Shown here: positions 13,242 to 25,627 of the stretch, piece after piece
How the letters are laid out: each line of letters opens with the position of its first letter
How positions within the stretch are numbered: the stretch's first letter is position 1
Program-made: the position numbers and the translations under genes
Source of the DNA: Octopus bimaculoides
Taxonomy: Eukaryota
DNA: 64,000 bases
NCBI RefSeq assembly: GCF_001194135.2
Contig: NC_068981.1
Coordinates: 32,852,659-32,916,658, forward strand
Reading direction: 5' to 3'
Notes under the pieces: model-generated
What the model was told of the DNA's origin: nothing
The model's database searches: none
The model's input: only the letters and a program-made list of their open reading frames with translations

Positions 13242-13667
13242 NNNNNNNNNNTGTATGTATGTATGTATGTATGTATGTATGTATGTATGTATGTATGTAT
13301 GTATGTATACGGGTGTGTTCAATAGCATATCTAAATATCTATTACATTGCTGTGAATGAAATTACAGACCTCGGGACACAACATTCAGGAATATTTCTTC
13401 CCTCAAGGAAATTTTCCCTCTCCAACAGCCCTTCAAAGATTAAAAGACGAAATTAGTTGTCTTAAATTCACTAAAACCCTGTCATCTACATATTTTTTTC
13501 CTCTCTTTCTATCGTTCTCTATTTACGCCCACGAGGTGTCGTCTCTTGATTATAGCCCTTTTCCGCTGCCTTCTCTACGCCTGAAGGAACGAAAGGGCGG
13601 ATACGTGTATACGCATGGTTGCAATTAACGCACGGTTGCCACTCACACACACGAACACACGCACATA

Positions 13668-13708
<41 letters not shown>

Positions 13709-13930
13709 CACAAACATATACATTGTTGAATATGGTTGGCTGAGACAAATTCTGAAAGATAACTGCCGCGGAGAAAAATCCGAAAATAACATAAACAATT
13801 GTATAAAAAAAAAAAAGACAGAAAAGATGAGATATAAAGATGTTTGAGGGGAAAAAATATAGCAACGATATTTCTCGACAAATACAAAAAGAAAAGAGAA
13901 AGGTAACAGGAAAATAGCAGACCAAGCATT

Positions 13931-14554
13931 NNNNNNNNNNNNNNNNNNNNNNNNNNNNNNNNNNNNNNNNNNNNNNNNNNNNNNNNNNNNNNNNNNNNNN
14001 NNNNNNNNNNNNNNNNNNNNNNNNNNNNNNNNNNNNNNNNNNNNNNNNNNNNNNNNNNNNNNNNNNNNNNNNNNNNNNNNNNNNNNNNNNNNNNNNNNNN
14101 NNNNNNNNNNNNNNNNNNNNNNNNNNNNNNNNNNNNNNNNNNNNNNNNNNNNNNNNNNNNNNNNNNNNNNNNNNNNNNNNNNNNNNNNNNNNNNNNNNNN
14201 NNNNNNNNNNNNNNNNNNNNNNNNNNNNNNNNNNNNNNNNNNNNNNNNNNNNNNNNNNNNNNNNNNNNNNNNNNNNNNNNNNNNNNNNNNNNNNNNNNNN
14301 NNNNNNNNNNNNNNNNNNNNNNNNNNNNNNNNNNNNNNNNNNNNNNNNNNNNNNNNNNNNNNNNNNNNNNNNNNNNNNNNNNNNNNNNNNNNNNNNNNNN
14401 NNNNNNNNNNNNNNNNNNNNNNNNNNNNNNNNNNNNNNNNNNNNNNNNNNNNNNNNNNNNNNNNNNNNNNNNNNNNNNNNNNNNNNNNNNNNNNNNNNNN
14501 NNNNNNNNNNNNNNNNNNNNNNNNNNNNNNNNNNNNNNNNNNNNNNNNNNNNNN
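13931..14554. other. Assembly gap (N); a 10-N gap also lies at 13242-13251
   Basis: N run. Confidence 1.
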
Positions 14555-14622
<68 letters not shown>

Positions 14623-15059
14623 CTTTGAGTTTTATTTATGTTCTTAAGAGAGTTCAAGCCGGTCGCTAAAAAGCGATATGAATTTTTGAGTTAAGAGAAT
14701 ACTCAGTGTTTGTAGATATGTGGTTGGGTTGGTCTGTTGGTTGAACTATCGATGCACACACCCAAGTGTGTGCATCTAGTCAGCTAAAGAATCTCGTATG
14801 GAGAATCTTTAGAATGTCTTATAAATCTTCCCTGCACCACTTACAGATTGGATTTGGAGAATTTGCATCAGTTTCTTTAGTACTTTTTCGAAAAACTTAG
14901 TATTTCTAGCTTTTTTGTATAAATTTGTAGGTACACACGTATGTATGTATGTATGTATGTATGAATGTATGTATGTGTGTGTGTGTATGTATAACTTTAA
15001 TGAAGCTTGCTGTCTTTGTAGTATAACTCTTTAACTTGTATATTACTGATGATTTATTA

Positions 15060-16600
15060 TCACTGGTCGAATGTCACTGATGACTTTAAAATATTGGCGT
15101 AAAAAATTGTACGAATTCTCTTCATCCCTCTTTTGTCCATCACCGTAGTCCCGTTTATATTCTTGAGCGCGATCACTTCCAATTTAAGTAGTACCATCTC
15201 ACTCCCGCATCTCTTTCTAAATTTATTGAACGCTCTTTTCAAATGTTGTCTTATCGTCTTGCAGAGAACGGAATACTCGAGATGATCTTTAATATTCCTC
15301 CACGTAGTTTTTCATTTCCTTAGTATTTTCCCTGTTTCCTTCGCATTCTTTTTGTTTGGCTCTTGTAGATTTCCACGTGCAGCTTTTCCTTATTTGGCCA
15401 TTATCATCATCAATTTCTTCAAATATATTCCAGGTTCCTTTCCTCGATAGCATCTTTCAACTACATAACATTGAAGATATTGATGTGTTCGTTCTTCATC
15501 GAGGTGTGCAATGCCTTTCTCTCTCTCATTTCGTCGATGACGATCTTCGCCTGTAGCAAACAATAATTACTGCCATTGCTGAATGGTGCCATTTTCCGAC
15601 AAGGATGTTATCAATCTCATTTCAGTGACGAGCGTTTGGGGTTATCCAGGTCCATCTTTTTTCAGATCTTTTTCCTGGATAGTCTCTTCTCAATTTAAAG
15701 TCTTTTCGCCTCTGCCATGGTGACTAAACGTACTTATTTTCATTTCTCTCTCTCAAATCTAAATATTCCAACATGTTTCTCGCTCAGTCGTTCCTTTCCG
15801 ACCTTCGCGTTGAAATTTCCCATCTCAACAGCGTAAGTGGATTTTTGAGTTAGCGTTTTTACCAGGTCTTCGAAGAATTTCTCCATTTCATTGTCCTCAC
15901 TGCTACATGCGGGAGCATATATTTCGATAATCTTGAGTAAGGCATTCCCTGAGAGACGAATTTTTAGCACCCCGATACATAAAGACAAATTGCAGGAAAC
16001 AATTTTCGAAGTTCATTCTTAATTTACAATGGAACTTGTGCTTCCTCTTGCTCTCGCACCCTCTGTTTTTCCTAGTCTAACAACTCTTCTGTCCTTCCAT
16101 CTTGAACTTAATTCTTCCCTTTCGATGCGTTTCGTAGAGACCTAGCACGTAATATTTTATCTTAAATTTCTCCTCTATTAAATTAATCATACTGGTTTTC
16201 TTTCCTAATGACCTGCAGTTGTAGAGTGTATATAGCAAGGTTTGTTATCAGACTTCTTAGCGATCTAGAGATACCTGTGATTCACCGTGGATCCATTGTG
16301 CAGAGCGTTTCGACTGATGTGCAAAGAACAGGGACCCATGTCTTTGCATTAATTTAGCTTTGTATGACGCCACCCCGCTGGTTGGATGGAAAGGCTGTAG
16401 TTACGTCCCCAGTTTAGCTCACTTCCGACCTTTAGCGATTCAGCTCTGTGCTCGCTTCTGCGAGACTGTCTTTCCGTAAAGTCTGTAGACAAGTACCTAC
16501 ATAGTTTAGTTGGACTTAGCAGGAAATGCGCCCAGCCACCATAACTTTCAGCGAGCAGTTAGCTCTACAGCACCACGATGAGTTACTGAAGACTGACCGA
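15060..16600 (-). mobile_element. RTE-clade LINE 5' part (5' UTR plus AP endonuclease), degenerate
   Basis: It encodes YTLYNCRSL, IIEIYAPACSSEDNEMEKFFEDL, MGNFNAKVG and KRWTWITPNARH*NEIDNIL, which are RTE APE motifs, with stops and frameshifts. Confidence 0.88.
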
Positions 16601-16954
16601 CTGACTATTCTATGGAAGCAAGACCAGATATGATTATAGAGGACAAAAAACATACAGAATACTATCATAAATTTTGCGATACCATATGACAATAAAATGG
16701 ACACCGAAGAAAGTGAGAAAACTGGGATATCAGGACATAAACAGAGGCATGAAGGGATTGTGGAAGACTAAGATGACTATTACGTGTGTGTGCATGTGTG
16801 TGTGTGTGTGTGATCTTAGTCTGCATGATTTTTGGTCCTCTGTAACCATACCTGGTCTATATATAAATCGCCAGTAGTTCATATATTCGAAAGAGAAGCA
16901 CACTCTAAATCATTAGACCAGTAATACATCTTTTAACTTCCTAAAAATATGTAT

Positions 16955-17073
16955 ATACGACGGGCTTCTTTCAGTTTCTGTCTGCCAAATTCACTCACAG
17001 GGCTTTGGTCAGCCCGAGGCTATAGCAGAAGACACTTGCCGAAGGTGGCACGCAGTGGGACTGAATCCGGAAG
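16955..17073 (-). mobile_element. SINE family A head fragment
   Basis: It reads cgacgggcttctttcagtttctgtctgccaaattcactcac...gtgggactgaatccgg. Confidence 0.85.
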
Positions 17074-18024
17074 CGATTTTTTTCCCGACGAGAGTTCCGG
17101 ACCCCAGTTATGAACTCATTAGCATACAGCCAATCAGAACTCAACTATCGAACGAATTTATGAACGCATAAGTGATGGGGGATGAGATAAGGTCACTTGG
17201 GTAAGGAATGACCATGCTTCTTTTCTCATTTAATAATGCTTGTTGTTCTTGTTTCAACCGTGTCTGCCTCTGCGTGGTTATTTGTGTTGTTGTTTACTTT
17301 CTAAAACAGTAAGAGGCCCTAACAAAATCCGATAATAGGTATAGATGCAAATCTATCTAATTACTTGTCTCCTTCCAAATTCAGGCATAATCTGGCGATC
17401 GATCGACTTACAACACCGTTCTTCGTCTTGAGTTTATTTGGTAGAGTGTGTTTGTTAGCTTGACAACTAGGTCAAGGTGAGCCCTAATTGACTGTATGCA
17501 AATGAGTTCATTACTGGGGTCTAGAACACTCGTGGGAAAAAAATTTTGCAACGAGGAAACTATGTGGCTGGGAAGTAAACTTCTTACCACACAGCTACGC
17601 TTGCGCCTATGCTACGCCTGCGCCTGTTTTGTTTATCGTTCATTTATCTTATTTGCTTATAAGTTAAACAGAGTCCGCAGAAACTGGTTGTGGTTTGAAT
17701 CGGCAAAAATGATACAGTAAAATTTGTTGTGTTTGCATCAACTGAAATACCATAGAGAGACAATGATAAGAAATGTCATCTCCAAACGTCAATATTCTCT
17801 TCAGCCCACGGCATACAAACTTATCCAAACTTTTCGACTTCATTATTCGTTTACATTAAAAGTATACAGTTGCTATTTTACTTCTGTAGTCTCAGACCGT
17901 CTCTCTTAGCGCAGACCTGGCAAAAGATGTTCCAGCCGTGGCTATCTTGTATATTTTGGGGTTTTCTGTTTCTTTGTTTTTTGGGGTTTTTTCTTTCAGA
18001 CATCGTTGTATATTTAAGACTATA

Positions 18025-18535
18025 TTATTTAATGGAGGTGGAGGAGGAGAAACAGGGGGAGCAAGAAGGGGAACAGGAGGAGACGGTGATGATAACGATG
18101 ATGACGCCATTGATGATGATGATGATGATGATGACGACGACGACGACAATGACGAAGGCGACGACAACGATGACAACAGCCACTAGCATGACAACGACGA
18201 CGCTGCCGATGATGAAGACGACGACGACGATGACGACGACGACGACGATGATGATGATGATGGTGGTGATGATGGTGATGATGATGATGATGATGATGGT
18301 GATGATGATGGTGATGATGATGACGACGACGACGACGACGACGACGAAGGCGGCGACAACGATGACAACAGCCACAAAGCATGACAACGACGATGCAGCT
18401 GCTGCTGATGACGACGACGACGATGATGATGATGATGATGATGATGATGAGGATGATGATGATGATGATGATAATGATGATGGTGATGATGATGGTGATG
18501 ATGACGATGATGATGAGGATGATGATGATGAACCC
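18025..18535. repeat. Compound (GAT/GAC/GGT)n trinucleotide repeat with an internal 192-nt duplication
   Basis: Read directly. The block gacgaaggcg..gacaacgatgacaacagccac..agcatgacaacgacga occurs at 18151 and 18343. Confidence 0.95.
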
Positions 18536-19555
18536 TGAAAGGATAATTTGTGAAATATCATCCCACTGCTAATCTGTACAAGTCGTTACAACGATTAGTT
18601 GTCCGAGAAATGCAGATGACTTCGAGACACATTCTGACATGTAACAGAAACACAGACTAAATCTTGTCTTGTCTTCTATCGCACAGATTCAAAGTAGTCT
18701 ATTTCACCCATTTAAAAGGACATTTCCTTCAACGACTCAAAGACAGCATAATTAACAGGCATCCGCAGACCCAGACACACACACACTTACACTTATACAC
18801 ACTCACACGTAAACACATATACATACACACACTAATATAAGACACGGTAGTTTTGCCGTTTTTAAAGAAAATAACGATGACTTGCATATTCAATAACACG
18901 TTCCGGTAGATTTGAACAAGAATATGCTAATCGCTGTTCTAGTTCGTCACAAGTGAACAACTTCTTTGCGACAAATATATGTTCATAATACACTTGATTC
19001 ATTAGCACAAGATTTTTGGGAACACCCAACCCAGCGTTTCGACATCGGTGGGTCTCGTCCGTCAAAGAATATCCCGGACTAATGATTCTAAAGAAACTGA
19101 GCTCATGTTAATAATTTCAGTGAACAATCTGTTTGCTGATCCGTGCTGATATCTGTCAACCGATAATATATTGTTATGTGTTAGGAACAATTATCCGTCG
19201 TAAAGGAAAAGTTATTCTTCTGTAACTTATTTACATTCGAGTTTACCTTAGTTTATTAACAATAAACAGACAAACCACCATTTTGATACTTGCTGTTGAC
19301 CGTGCAAATAACAATTTATTACCGAAAGAACATGTCTCCCAGAAGCAGAGACTACGAAAACATCTAAGACAAATTCGATATTTCAGAATTGCAGCAAAAT
19401 CGATTTTAATTATAGACAAAGAATATTTGAGGAGTTTTTCCAAGAACTCCTAGCAGGAAAAATAATAATTAACCAAAATTTCTGAAAAATACATTTTTTT
19501 GTGAATATAAATAAGTTTGATAAATGAAACCAATACATACATATATTCACATATT

Positions 19556-19600
<45 letters not shown>

Positions 19601-19602
19601 GT

Positions 19603-20550
19603 NNNNNNNNNNNNNNNNNNNNNNNNNNNNNNNNNNNNNNNNNNNNNNNNNNNNNNNNNNNNNNNNNNNNNNNNNNNNNNNNNNNNNNNNNNNNNNNNNN
19701 NNNNNNNNNNNNNNNNNNNNNNNNNNNNNNNNNNNNNNNNNNNNNNNNNNNNNNNNNNNNNNNNNNNNNNNNNNNNNNNNNNNNNNNNNNNNNNNNNNNN
19801 NNNNNNNNNNNNNNNNNNNNNNNNNNNNNNNNNNNNNNNNNNNNNNNNNNNNNNNNNNNNNNNNNNNNNNNNNNNNNNNNNNNNNNNNNNNNNNNNNNNN
19901 NNNNNNNNNNNNNNNNNNNNNNNNNNNNNNNNNNNNNNNNNNNNNNNNNNNNNNNNNNNNNNNNNNNNNNNNNNNNNNNNNNNNNNNNNNNNNNNNNNNN
20001 NNNNNNNNNNNNNNNNNNNNNNNNNNNNNNNNNNNNNNNNNNNNNNNNNNNNNNNNNNNNNNNNNNNNNNNNNNNNNNNNNNNNNNNNNNNNNNNNNNNN
20101 NNNNNNNNNNNNNNNNNNNNNNNNNNNNNNNNNNNNNNNNNNNNNNNNNNNNNNNNNNNNNNNNNNNNNNNNNNNNNNNNNNNNNNNNNNNNNNNNNNNN
20201 NNNNNNNNNNNNNNNNNNNNNNNNNNNNNNNNNNNNNNNNNNNNNNNNNNNNNNNNNNNNNNNNNNNNNNNNNNNNNNNNNNNNNNNNNNNNNNNNNNNN
20301 NNNNNNNNNNNNNNNNNNNNNNNNNNNNNNNNNNNNNNNNNNNNNNNNNNNNNNNNNNNNNNNNNNNNNNNNNNNNNNNNNNNNNNNNNNNNNNNNNNNN
20401 NNNNNNNNNNNNNNNNNNNNNNNNNNNNNNNNNNNNNNNNNNNNNNNNNNNNNNNNNNNNNNNNNNNNNNNNNNNNNNNNNNNNNNNNNNNNNNNNNNNN
20501 NNNNNNNNNNNNNNNNNNNNNNNNNNNNNNNNNNNNNNNNNNNNNNNNNN
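19603..20550. other. Assembly gap (N)
   Basis: N run between microsatellites. Confidence 1.
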
Positions 20551-21131
20551 ACACACACACACACACATCTATACGATGGGTTTCTTTCAGGTGAATTTTT
20601 TTTGTTTATTTAGTCTTTATTTATTTTTGCGTGTGTGTGTGTGTGTGTGTGTGTGCTTTTCTTTTTCCTTATTCTTTTTTAATTCTTGCTTACGAAGTAA
20701 CACATTTCCGTTTCTTTTGGGTTAAATCTTGAAATATCTCAAAGTCGGAAAAGTAAATTGTTTCAATATCCTCTATTTACATATTTATCAATATCAAGCG
20801 TCTTCTCTACATACACAGTTCAAATTTCTTATATTCGTGGCTCCTACTTCAGTAATATTGATCTAGTAATGTCATATCTTGAAATTAAAAGCTCAAGAAT
20901 TCTACAAGTCCCTGCTAGTAACATTTCAACAAACACAATTAAAAGATAAGCAGTTGAAATTATTCACCAACATACAAAATTACTTCTTTAACTTAGATCA
21001 GATTTTACCAATCTTTTTTTCATATATTTTGTTCGTCAACCGTCCGATGACTATCGATTTTCAGCATTGGCACAAAGCCCTATTTCGAAAGAACAGAACA
21101 ATCTGTTTAATCGACACAAGTACTTGGCTGG

Positions 21132-21512
21132 CCGTGGAGGCGCAATGGCCCAGTGGTTAGGGCAGCGGACTCGCGGTCTTAGGATCGCGGTTTCGATTCC
21201 CAGACCGGGCGTTGTGAGTGTTTATTGAGCGAAAACACCTAAAGCTCCACGAGGCTCCGGCAGGGGATGGTGGCGAACCCTGCTGTACTCTTTCACCACA
21301 ACTTTCTCTCACTCTTACATCCTGTTTCTGTTGTGCCTGTAATTCAAAGGGTCAGCCTTGTCACACTGTGTCATGCTGAATATCCCCAAGAACTACGTTA
21401 AGGGTACACGTGTCTGTGGAGTGCTCAGCCACTTGCATGTTAATTTCACGAGCAGGCTGTTCCGTTGATCGGATCAACTGGAACCCTCGACGTCGTAAGC
21501 GATGGAGTGCCA
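21132..21512 (+). mobile_element. Young tRNA-derived SINE family C, full length, 10-bp TSD
   Basis: The head ggaggcgcaatggcccagtggttagggcagcggactcgcggtc..ggtttcgattcc has clear A and B boxes. The TSD acttggctgg is at 21122-21131 and 21513-21522. It is inserted into an older family-B copy. Confidence 0.92.
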
Positions 21513-22689
21513 ACTTGGCTGGTAACTATTTTATCGAACCTGGAAGGATGAAAAATGAACGAACTAGACTCCGATAGGATTTGAACTTAGAACGTAAAGT
21601 GACTAAATACTACAAACCATTCTGGCAACCACTGTTTTGGGTTGTTTTTTTTCTTCTTTTTTCCCCCTTTTTTACTAATTTGTCTTGCATTTTGGTTGAT
21701 GATCATGGTTCCAGCTCATATAAACTGACAGTACTTCTTAAAGAGAACATCAGCCAAGAAGGAAGCAGCTGCGCAGCGACCGAAGAATCGCAAATGTTCC
21801 CACCTACATTGTACATTCAGTGTGTCCTCACGATTGGGGAAACTACGGAAATGGTGATACTTCATTGTCACAAACGTCAACCACCATGAAATGTATATTG
21901 TTCGTGATTCAAAAAAGTTCGAGTTTTTTTGTTTTTGTTTATTTTATCAGTGCTGAACTTGGATTATAGTCAACGAGGGTTGAGTCGGATGAACAATGTC
22001 ACACTCTCGTCCTGAACGAATACCAAGCTTTGCTGAGACTGGCAGTAAAAAGACAATGCAATGGGACGGTCAGAGCAAACTCCGAGTTTCACCGTACCTT
22101 GAGGTACGCGTCTCGCAGTGACGTTACTGGATATAGTCTTTCTGTCAGTTGACACTCCACCACTAATGGTCGGATTTCCTCCGCACAGACTTCATATGAA
22201 TAAAGTGACAAACAAGCCTAAAGTATTTCATTATGGGTTTAAAACTTGTTTGCTACTCTCAACCCGATTTTAATCGGCCTACACTCCCATAGCTTAAGAG
22301 ATGACAAACAACGGTATACAGTTTGTGATACTACAGGTTTAGAGCTGGGTGCTAAATGAGCTGTTCTGAAAAGGAATGGATATGATTTCTACCAAAGATA
22401 TTGTAACCCCTTTATATCACGTACCTCCAATTTTAAATAAGCATCCCGTGACTATATACACTAACGCAAGGTCATACACTCGTAAAAAGTTATTGTTACT
22501 TCAATCGACCACATTACATAACTGGTACTTAATTAATCGAACTAGCTTGCACGGAAGAGTTCAAACCCAAAATATAATATGATGAAACTAAATACAATAT
22601 GACATTTAGTTCGGCGCGCTACCACTCAGCAAATTCATTAACTTGTGCCATAAATCCCAAAATAGAAGTACATCAAGTCTTTATGTGGT

Positions 22690-23010
22690 CGCCCGAACTG
22701 CTAGATATAGTTGCAAAATTTCCCTCGAACGATACCATAGCAGCCTGAAAAGGGAAAAATACGATGAATGGTACGATCCTAGATATGCAATGCTTAAAAG
22801 AAGGATGGGATTGATATGTTTAAAATGTTGAGGGCTTTCTCAATCAGGACCAGCCCAAGATTAAATAACAACATCGGGCATCACACAATCAGTTAAAGGG
22901 TCAAGGTCCGTATTCCATGATTGATGCTGCGCTTTATCAATAGCTCAAGCAATAGGTCCCTGGCTCACTTCACGTACCGAAGATAATACCACTAACCTCA
23001 TTTTATCACG
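22690..23010 (+). mobile_element. Possible CR1-group LINE 3' remnant
   Basis: There is weak similarity to the RRxRGDLIxxFKML motif (aaaagaaggatgggattgatatgtttaaaatgttgaggg). The segment is heavily decayed. Confidence 0.3.
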
Positions 23011-25376
23011 AGAGTTTGGTTCCAAAGAGAAATAGAACCAAAAACACCGTGTTTAATAAATCAATGACCCCAAGTTGTCCTCCTAACTTACCCAAATAAA
23101 CACCTCCAAATAGTTTTTTGAACACACATAATGATATTGTTTCGTGTTTGCAAAAATATTTTGAATAAAATTTAATAACGTATGATCAGTAAATAAAAGA
23201 AAAACTGAAAAATACCATAACCTACAGAATCTTTGACTGAATACTAACCCGTGTTATTACAGATCAATTCATGATAAGTGTAACATGATTCACTATTGAG
23301 TGTACCGTGTTATACCAGATCAGTAATGAATTAATGAATAGTGATAAATGTAGATGTACCAATTACGTACACACTGACAGCTCTAAAGGGAGAGAACACT
23401 ATAGAATTAATGAGATTTCGTTGGCTCAAATGAAACCGGGAGACAAGTCAGTCCAGTATATTGTTACATACAAAATCACGTACACGTTTCAACTCGAGGG
23501 TTAACAGATGTCTAATACATGATGGCTGACCTTCCCTACCCTATCATCATAGTAATTTTCATATCAACAATATTGTTGTTAAATAACGCCACCACACTTA
23601 CAAATTCATCCATGGCCTAATCATTTCGTTTACGTATTCTTTCCAGCTTCATGCACACGTTTTATTTTATTAATTTTCCAACAGACCAAAGTTTCCTTCT
23701 CGAACTGCTGCTGTCCTCTCGGGGTATATTCTACGCCTATCAAAATAGTTTTCAAAATGTTCGCTGATTGTAATTTTCACTTTAAGCTGTTTTCATATTA
23801 GCACAAGCTTGACCAATGAAAAAGCTATCGGTCGCAGGGCAAGGCCCGTACTTAGCTGGCAGAGATGGAAAGTATGTAAACTATAAGGTCAACAGCTAAA
23901 CCACTAATTTACGATTAAGTCAACCGGAAACTCCTGTTACCGAATTTCTCAAAATAAGCTGTTGATTTAATGATGGCCTCATAAGAATTCAATGGATTGT
24001 TATATAAAAGTAATTATATAAAAGTACAGACTTGTGCTAACTTTTTATACAACGTAGATACGTTAATAATGTACTGACTCATTATAAGATATAGTGGCTT
24101 GTTGAATAATTTGTGAGCTCGTTATACGGCACATGATGTGAAAGTGATTAATTATTGATTATATAGGAATAGGTCCGTTGTTTTAATTTCGTGTCCGTCA
24201 TTGTGAAGCAGGTTTTAAAAGATTACTTACTAGCCATGTAGCTACGAAAGTAAACGTTCAAGCCCACAACGGAACCTATATGTGGTTGTCCATCTTGCTA
24301 AATATAACTGTCAAATCCTCGTCTTCTTACTTTCGCCACCCGTACAAAAAATGGTAGACTCCTGAATACCTCTAAAATGAAAAGACGTTTTTTTATACAG
24401 AAAATCCATTATAGTTGAATGACATCCTAGTTGAGGATGCTAGTTCAGAACGTATTTAACGTGGAAAATATTGCATTACAGACACAGGTGTAGCTATGTG
24501 GATAACAAATTTACTTCACAACTTCGCAGTTATGGTTTCGATCCCATAGCACAGCACCGTTGCTAGGTGTCTTATACCAGAGCTAGGTGTCTATCAAAGC
24601 CAAAGGTGCAGGCAAGACTGGCAACTTCAGTTTTGTTTCAGGCTACCTCTGTGCCACACATTCGGAAAGCGCTTTCTACCAGAGAGCCAAGTCTATCAAA
24701 ACCTTGTGGATGAAATTTATTCGACGGGAACGGTATGAAAATAAAAGACCACTCCATTGTAAGCATTCAAAGACGGGTTCTACAGATAACTTCTCTCCGC
24801 TCATCGTGGATGCCCGGAAAGGTTCGAGGAAGCTGCGATTTCTCCTCTGAAGAACCCATTAAAAGCAATCTTCCTTTGCACGTTTAGCAAGGTCACCACC
24901 AGCTAAACTTGTGCCTCAAATAGTTACCATCTATATTGTCCATCACTAGCAAGGTTAATGTAAATGGAAGTCAGTTTGCACTTCAGAGGTAACGATTAAG
25001 ATAAGATTACTTGAATTGGTAATAGTGGGGAGGGGCGGAGATGCATTTAGTGACCTGAAGACACCTTCAGCAGCCCACAATTGTATAACAACCAAGCAAA
25101 GTACGAAGTCTCATCTAACGTGCTCATTCAACTTGATAAATTACACCATGCTACCTACAAAAACTTTAAAAGACCTTTTAGACAATCAAAGTTTGAATAC
25201 CTTTAATTCTAAGTGTGCACGAGCAAAACCGACCTGGAGTTAACTTTAATCCAAATCTTCACAACACACTGTGACTGGAGAACACTCACACAGAACGAGG
25301 TGGATGCATCGATTTTTCAAACATCTTCAAAAGTCTTTGAGAAGAACCGAGCATATTTGTGCATACATGGAGAATG

Positions 25377-25627
25377 CATCATCATCATTTAACGTCCGCT
25401 TTCCATGCTAGCATGGGTTGGACGATTTGACTGGGGACTGGCGAACCAGATGGCTACACCAGGCTCCAATCTGATCTGGCAGAGTTTCTACAGCTGGATG
25501 CCCTTCCTAACGCCAACCACTCCGAGAGTGTAATGGGTGCTTTTTACGAGGGCCAGTCCGACAGTACTGGCAACGGCCACGCTCAAATGGTGTTTTTTAC
25601 GTGCCACCTGCACAGGAGTCAGTCCAT
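25377..25627 (-). mobile_element. RTE LINE 3' end copy with (GAT)n tail
   Basis: It reads catcatcatttaacgtccgctttccatgctagcatgggttggacg...gatgcccttcctaacgccaaccactccgagag, the reverse complement of 55520-55695. Confidence 0.9.

Noticed and set aside
17870-18572. Poly-Met/Thr/Asp, poly-His and poly-Ser ORFs as real genes
   Set aside because: All frames are open because the underlying GAT/GAC repeat lacks stops. I saw no splice, promoter or homology support.
5700-20725. Long ORFs of 180-400 aa containing X runs
   Set aside because: They are artefacts of translating through N gaps; the same applies to those at 35665-39629.
21136-21205. tRNA gene
   Set aside because: It has A/B boxes but no complete cloverleaf, and it continues into a SINE body with a TSD.
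24790-25370. Possible tyrosine-recombinase or LINE remnant (IAFNGFFRGEI on the minus strand)
   Set aside because: It is a single weak motif, too decayed to assign.
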